From the human T2T-CHM13v2.0 reference genome, Homo sapiens, in the NCBI RefSeq assembly GCF_009914755.1, contig NC_060928.1: a stretch of DNA of 64,000 nucleotides. One strand, written 5' to 3'. The notes beneath the pieces are model-generated. The model worked only from the letters and a program-made list of their open reading frames with translations. It had not been told where the DNA came from and searched no databases. Shown piece after piece: positions 59,051-64,000 of this stretch. Within the stretch, counting starts at the first letter, position 1. Each line of letters opens with the position of its first letter. A program made the position numbers and the translations under genes.

Positions 59051-60557
59051 AAAGGTGAAGTCTGCAGAAAGGAATGGGCTCAGTCAGATAGGTTCCTATG
59101 ACATTTCTCATGAGAGGCTAAGGGCATTTGACAGGGTGAGCCATCATCATTTTTGCTCTTCACTCCGCAGATGAATTACTGACTTTTTAAATTAGTTTCT
59201 GAGTTTGACTGGAAGTTGGCTGTACAGTTGTTTCAGCAAGAAGCAGTTCTGAGAGGTGTAGAGTTAAGGAGTCCTAGAATTAAGGAATGATATGACAAGG
59301 TTTTGGTTTAATGGGACTTCTTAAAGTTTGCAGCTCTGTGTAGTCTTAAACCCCTGAGAGCAAACCTAAAAGGAATCATGGGAATCCTTTGACCAAAGGT
59401 CTGAAGTCAACCTTTTCCTTCAGAAGTCTAAAATCAGCCCGGGACATTCAGTGATAACCACACTCACTAACAGGTCATCTCTGAGTAGTTAGATCAACAG
59501 TTTAAAAATAAATGTAGCCAACTTCTTACCTTTGTACCTCTTTGATTTTCTTGCGTTATTTAATAGTTTGTAATAAAACGACTAAGTAGCCATAACAAAA
59601 ATAATAGCCTAATCTAAGGATTGCTGTGGGACTTAACCTTTTTGTTCATCCGAGATAAGATTAAATAGGGAAAAAAATCTACGGTGATTCAGCTGCTGCA
59701 TTGAATTGCATGCTATTGCTGATATAATCTCCATTACCTTTTTGTAAATTTAATTTTAATTACATCAGTCTAGTAGGTTCCATACAGATATTTACTTTTA
59801 GTATAATGGATTTTTAAGGGAAAATATTCCATGAAAGCATTGAGTATTGAATATTTTATTTGAAAGCAAATGCTAAAAGTATTTTTATAACATTCAATAT
59901 TGATACTTTGGGAAAGAGTAAAGTGAAAATATATTTTAATGGATTAAAAGGAAACCTTCGTAGCCTTTACTGTCAGTAGTATTTAGAAGTTCACACTGAT
60001 AATAATATTAATATATTATTTATAAATGCATTAGAGAGGATAGTGTTACTAAAATTTTTGTTTTGCTATATCTGTGTAAAACTGTATCAGTGTTTTTCAT
60101 ATGAGAGATAACTCACCTTTTCAATAAGACCAGTTATATACATCCACAAATATATGATAATCAAAATATTTAAACTTACCCCAAAACATTAAAATTAAGG
60201 CACCATGCATTATATACCCTTGGTATGGGCCATGCCTTAAACTCTTCTCTGCAATTTGTCATTTTTTTGAACATATAAGAAATATTGTCTGAATGTAAGC
60301 TGACTCAGATATGGAAGCTCCTGAAGTGAAGATCACTTTGAGAGGGTTAATTATCTGAACAGGGCCACACATCATTAAGTTTTTTTAGAAAGTTAATAAA
60401 ACTGACTTAATGATCCTCACATATTTTCAAGGGCCTTGCCTCAGTACATTTCTCCCCTTGGCCCCACTTGTGAGGTGCATTCCCTTAGGCGATCCGTTGT
60501 CAGGGCAAATTCCTAGGCGCTCCAAAGATCCATGCAGGAAACTGGGACCAATGAGTT

Positions 60558-60908
60558 TGCTATGATCTGAATGCAACCTCCCAAAATTTATATGTTGAAA
60601 ATGTGATAGTATTAAGAAGTGAGGCCTTGAGGGGATGATTAAGTCATGAGAACAGAGGCTTCATGAATGGGATTAGTGACCTTATGAAAAAAGGTTGAAG
60701 GGACTGCTCTAGCCCCTTGGGCCCCTTCATGTGAGGACGCAGCAGGAGGCACCATCTATGAAGCGGAGAGTGACCTCATCAGATACCAAATCTTCAGTGC
60801 CTTGATCTTGGACTTCCCCGTTTCCAGAACTGTGAGAAATAAGTTTCTATTACTTATAAATATCCCCACCATAAGATATTGTGTTATAGCGGCCTGAATG
60901 GGCTAAGA
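60558..60908 (+). mobile_element. MLT1A/MST-type MaLR LTR
   Basis: tgctatgatctgaatg...ccttgatcttggacttcc...ccagaactgtgagaaataa...gggctaaga. Confidence 0.85.
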
Positions 60909-61010
60909 ACTTTACCCAGCTCACCTCCTGCCCCAGGATCCCATTCAAACAGGTATCAAGATATTGTGGAATCCTGACATATGTGGAGATCAAAATTGCA
61001 TTCTCTAAAG

Positions 61011-61333
61011 CATTGGTCCCCACTGGTTTCATGGACAACAACTTTTCCATGGATCAGGGAGTGGCAGGGGGTTGGATTTGGGATGGAACTGTTCCACCTC
61101 AGATCATCAGGCATTAGGTTCTCTTAAAGAGTGTGCATCCCGGATCCCGCACACGCCCAGTTCACCATAGGGTTCGCACTTCTTTGAGAATCTAATGCCA
61201 CCACTGATTTGACAGGAGGTAGAGCTCAGGCTGTAATGCCTGCTTGCCCACCGCTCACCTCCTGCTGTGCAGCCTGGTTCCTAACAGGCCACGGACCAGT
61301 ACCAGTTCGTGACCTGGGGGTTGGGGGCCTCTG
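61011..61333. mobile_element. MER1B-like hAT-Charlie element with 8-bp TSD
   Basis: ca..ggtcccca...tgagaatctaatgcc...ggttgggggcctctg; flanked by ctctaaag and ctctaaaa. Confidence 0.9.
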
Positions 61334-63125
61334 CTCTAAAATGTCTATACCTATTAAACTGATTAAATCTATTTTCTGAAAATGTCATCCACTGGACAAT
61401 GTCCAGTCAATTGTAAACGGGCTGGTACTGGGACTAATGTTACCACTTTCTTTTTCAACAAAATGTTTTATTTAAATAAGCCAATATTTGTTGTTTTTTC
61501 ACCCTTAATTTCCACATGGAATCAATTAGTCAAAATCAATCTCAACCTCTTCAACTTTCTCTTTCTCCATTAAAAAAGACTTAACTTTTAGCATCACGTG
61601 CTCTCCTGATTTATAGGTATTTGTGTCATTGTCTATTTGCCAGTTAGATGTTAACCTGCCTAGCTGCAGGGGTGGGCAGATTACTCATATCCTCCATATC
61701 TCCTAGGACAGTACTTTGTACATGGCAAGTTGCAAACATATTTGCTAGTAATTTAATTCATTAGTGGTATAAAGCAAATCAAAACCATGCTTGTTTCCAA
61801 AAGCAGTTATTATGGAAATTATTTTATACCTATTTTGTGTCTTCACAATCCATTGATAAATATCAACTATAACATATTAATGTTTGCCACTTTGATATTT
61901 TATATGTTGCCAAAATAGTTTAATTAACTTTTTCCCTAGCCACATACAGTATATTAATTTTCCCTTAAAATTGGTTCGTACATTTTGGTTTTTATGAAAC
62001 CAGATGGTGGATGGCATTTGTATTTAGAGGATTGTGTTGACAGTATAATGAAAGGAAGTTATACGAAGAAGGAATATATGTGTTTACTAATGACGTTAAG
62101 GATTTAAAGTGTTTTCTTAATAATGTGGAGTATGCCTTCAGCTATTGTTATTCCTACCAGCTATTGCAAGCTATGTAGTACTGGGTAGTACTTAACAAAT
62201 GTTAAGCCCAGGGCACACTGCATTTAAAAAAAAAAAAAAAAGATTTGGACTTTAAAATTCAGAGGAGACCTATCACTGAACATTCTTCTCTATTCTAAAC
62301 TAGTAAAAAGCATAATTAAAGCGTTATAGGTAAGGCTCACTATAGGCTATAGTAAGAAGACAGACAAGAGGTGTTCCACAAATCACAGGAAGTCCCCACC
62401 CCCCTACTCCTTTCTGGAAAGGAAGACTTTCTTTGTTGTCAGATGAGGGAATATAATGGGAGGGAACCACAGAGTTGATGCAATAAGACAAATGTGAGAG
62501 CTTCCAATCTTGTTGTAACAGCCTCTAATGTTCCCAGGCCTTCCCTACACCATTGAAACAGTACGTACACATCGTTTGAGAATTAGGGTTACTGTCTGGA
62601 CATTTTTATCTGTAATGTGCCACTAATTGGCAGTTGACTGTAGGTTATTTCAGAGAAATCCTTAGTACCAAAGGCCACAAGTTAGTGTGGAATTCTCAGG
62701 AATGTCTGCTTTTATATGCCCCACACCCTCAAGCCCCACCCATGTTCTCATTTCCCGCCCCTGTAGGACTACATGCTGACTTGCCAGAGGCCATAGGAGC
62801 AGCTAAGAAGGATACATTGCAGACCCCAAATGTCCATCTCACCTCCTGCTTATTAATAAGATAGCAGCAGCAAACTAAGGGAAAAGGTGGAAAACATTGA
62901 CAAAGAAGATGTAGCTTCCGCCTTCTCTATGTTGTAGATATTCCAGTGAAATGGACTATGGTTTTGTCTGTAACAAAAATTTTTTGGAAAACAAAAAACC
63001 TTAATTCGATAGATTTGACTATTTTTAAGGATAAGGTCAGACTTGCTTCATGATTGATGAAATACACAGAAATCATTTATTAAGACATCAAAGAGTAAGC
63101 AAAAATTAGTCATAGAATATTAGAG

Positions 63126-63578
63126 TTTAAACCAAATGTATCTGAGACGAATCTCAATCAATTAGGAGTTTATTTTGCCAAAATAAAGATCACATCTGAA
63201 AGAAACACAGAACCACAGAAACAGTTTGTGGTCTGCACCCTTCTCCAAAGATGACTTCGATGTTTGAGGGCTTCAATATTTAAAGTGGAATAGTGGGCTA
63301 GAGGGAAAGGAGGGAGGGTATGGTCACATTACTGAATCCACATGTTACAGGAGAAAAGGAGCAGGCAGGGGAATCGTCGATTATGTATTCATCTGGTGCT
63401 GAGCATAAAATAAGGTGAACACAGAACAGCTACTTGTGGAGATAATTGACCTTTTCTCTATAGCTCTCTGCTTAAGAGGAAAAGGTAAGGCAGCTTCTTG
63501 CATGACTCAGCTTTCAGCTTAGTTTTTTTTTTGTCAGAGTGTGTTGGTGTCCCAAGTTTTTATTTTTATTTTTTCACA
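63126..63578 (-). mobile_element. MER4-group ERV1 solo LTR
   Basis: tctcaatcaatt...gtttattttgccaa...tttgagggcttcaatatttaaag...cccaag...ttttcaca. Confidence 0.8.
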
Positions 63579-64000
63579 AGAATCAGAAAAGTTTTTGAAG
63601 ATTATCCAATCAAAGTATTCCTTAGATGTTTCAATATCAGTAAATGATCGTGTACTTTGTGTTTGAACACCTCCAATAGTTGTGAATCTATCTCTTTAAA
63701 GGAGCTCATTCTGTGTGGAAATATCTTACAGAGTTAACTTTTCTTCATTTGTAGTTGAAATCATCTCATTGACACCTATCTCATGCTGCGCCTTAGCTCA
63801 GCGTGTGTGTATCTTAATAATCTTTGCCAAAATCAAAGCAAGTTTCACTCTGGCCCATTCTTGATTCATTAGCCTTGATTCTGTCTGTCTTCCCTATAAG
63901 TATTTAATCATCATTTGTCTTATAGGTTAGGCACAAAATCTGGCTATTCCTTTGTCCTTGTGGAATCATCTATCTACTAGGTTACCAGTGATTCCCATAA

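Overview
Primate (human-like) genomic DNA, not prokaryotic. The window holds the 5' end of NWD2 (NACHT and WD repeat domain containing 2 / KIAA1239), recognised from memory of its N-terminus. It includes a CpG-island promoter (~12.0-14.1 kb), coding exon 1 (13406-13556, MWPAGAGTKL...SVRVFISANPE, GT donor at 13557) and ~50 kb of intron 1; I found no exon 2. About 3 kb upstream on the minus strand is the MIR4801 hairpin, nested in a larger ~280-bp MIR-derived palindrome. The rest is mostly transposon relics (L1, Alu, MIR, L2, MaLR/ERV LTRs, Tigger and hAT elements) and microsatellites. Apart from NWD2 exon 1 and broken L1 ORF2 pieces, the ORF track looks like noise. Best leads: (1) a TSD-flanked ~440-bp chimeric insertion of unique DNA plus an L1 5' terminus, (2) an L2-derived REST/RE1 site in intron 1, (3) the unusually self-similar palindrome around MIR4801, (4) uORFs in the NWD2 leader, (5) an internally deleted mini-L1 that keeps both ends. 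I see no evidence for a new multi-gene system. Repeat subfamily names and many boundaries were judged by eye and are approximate.
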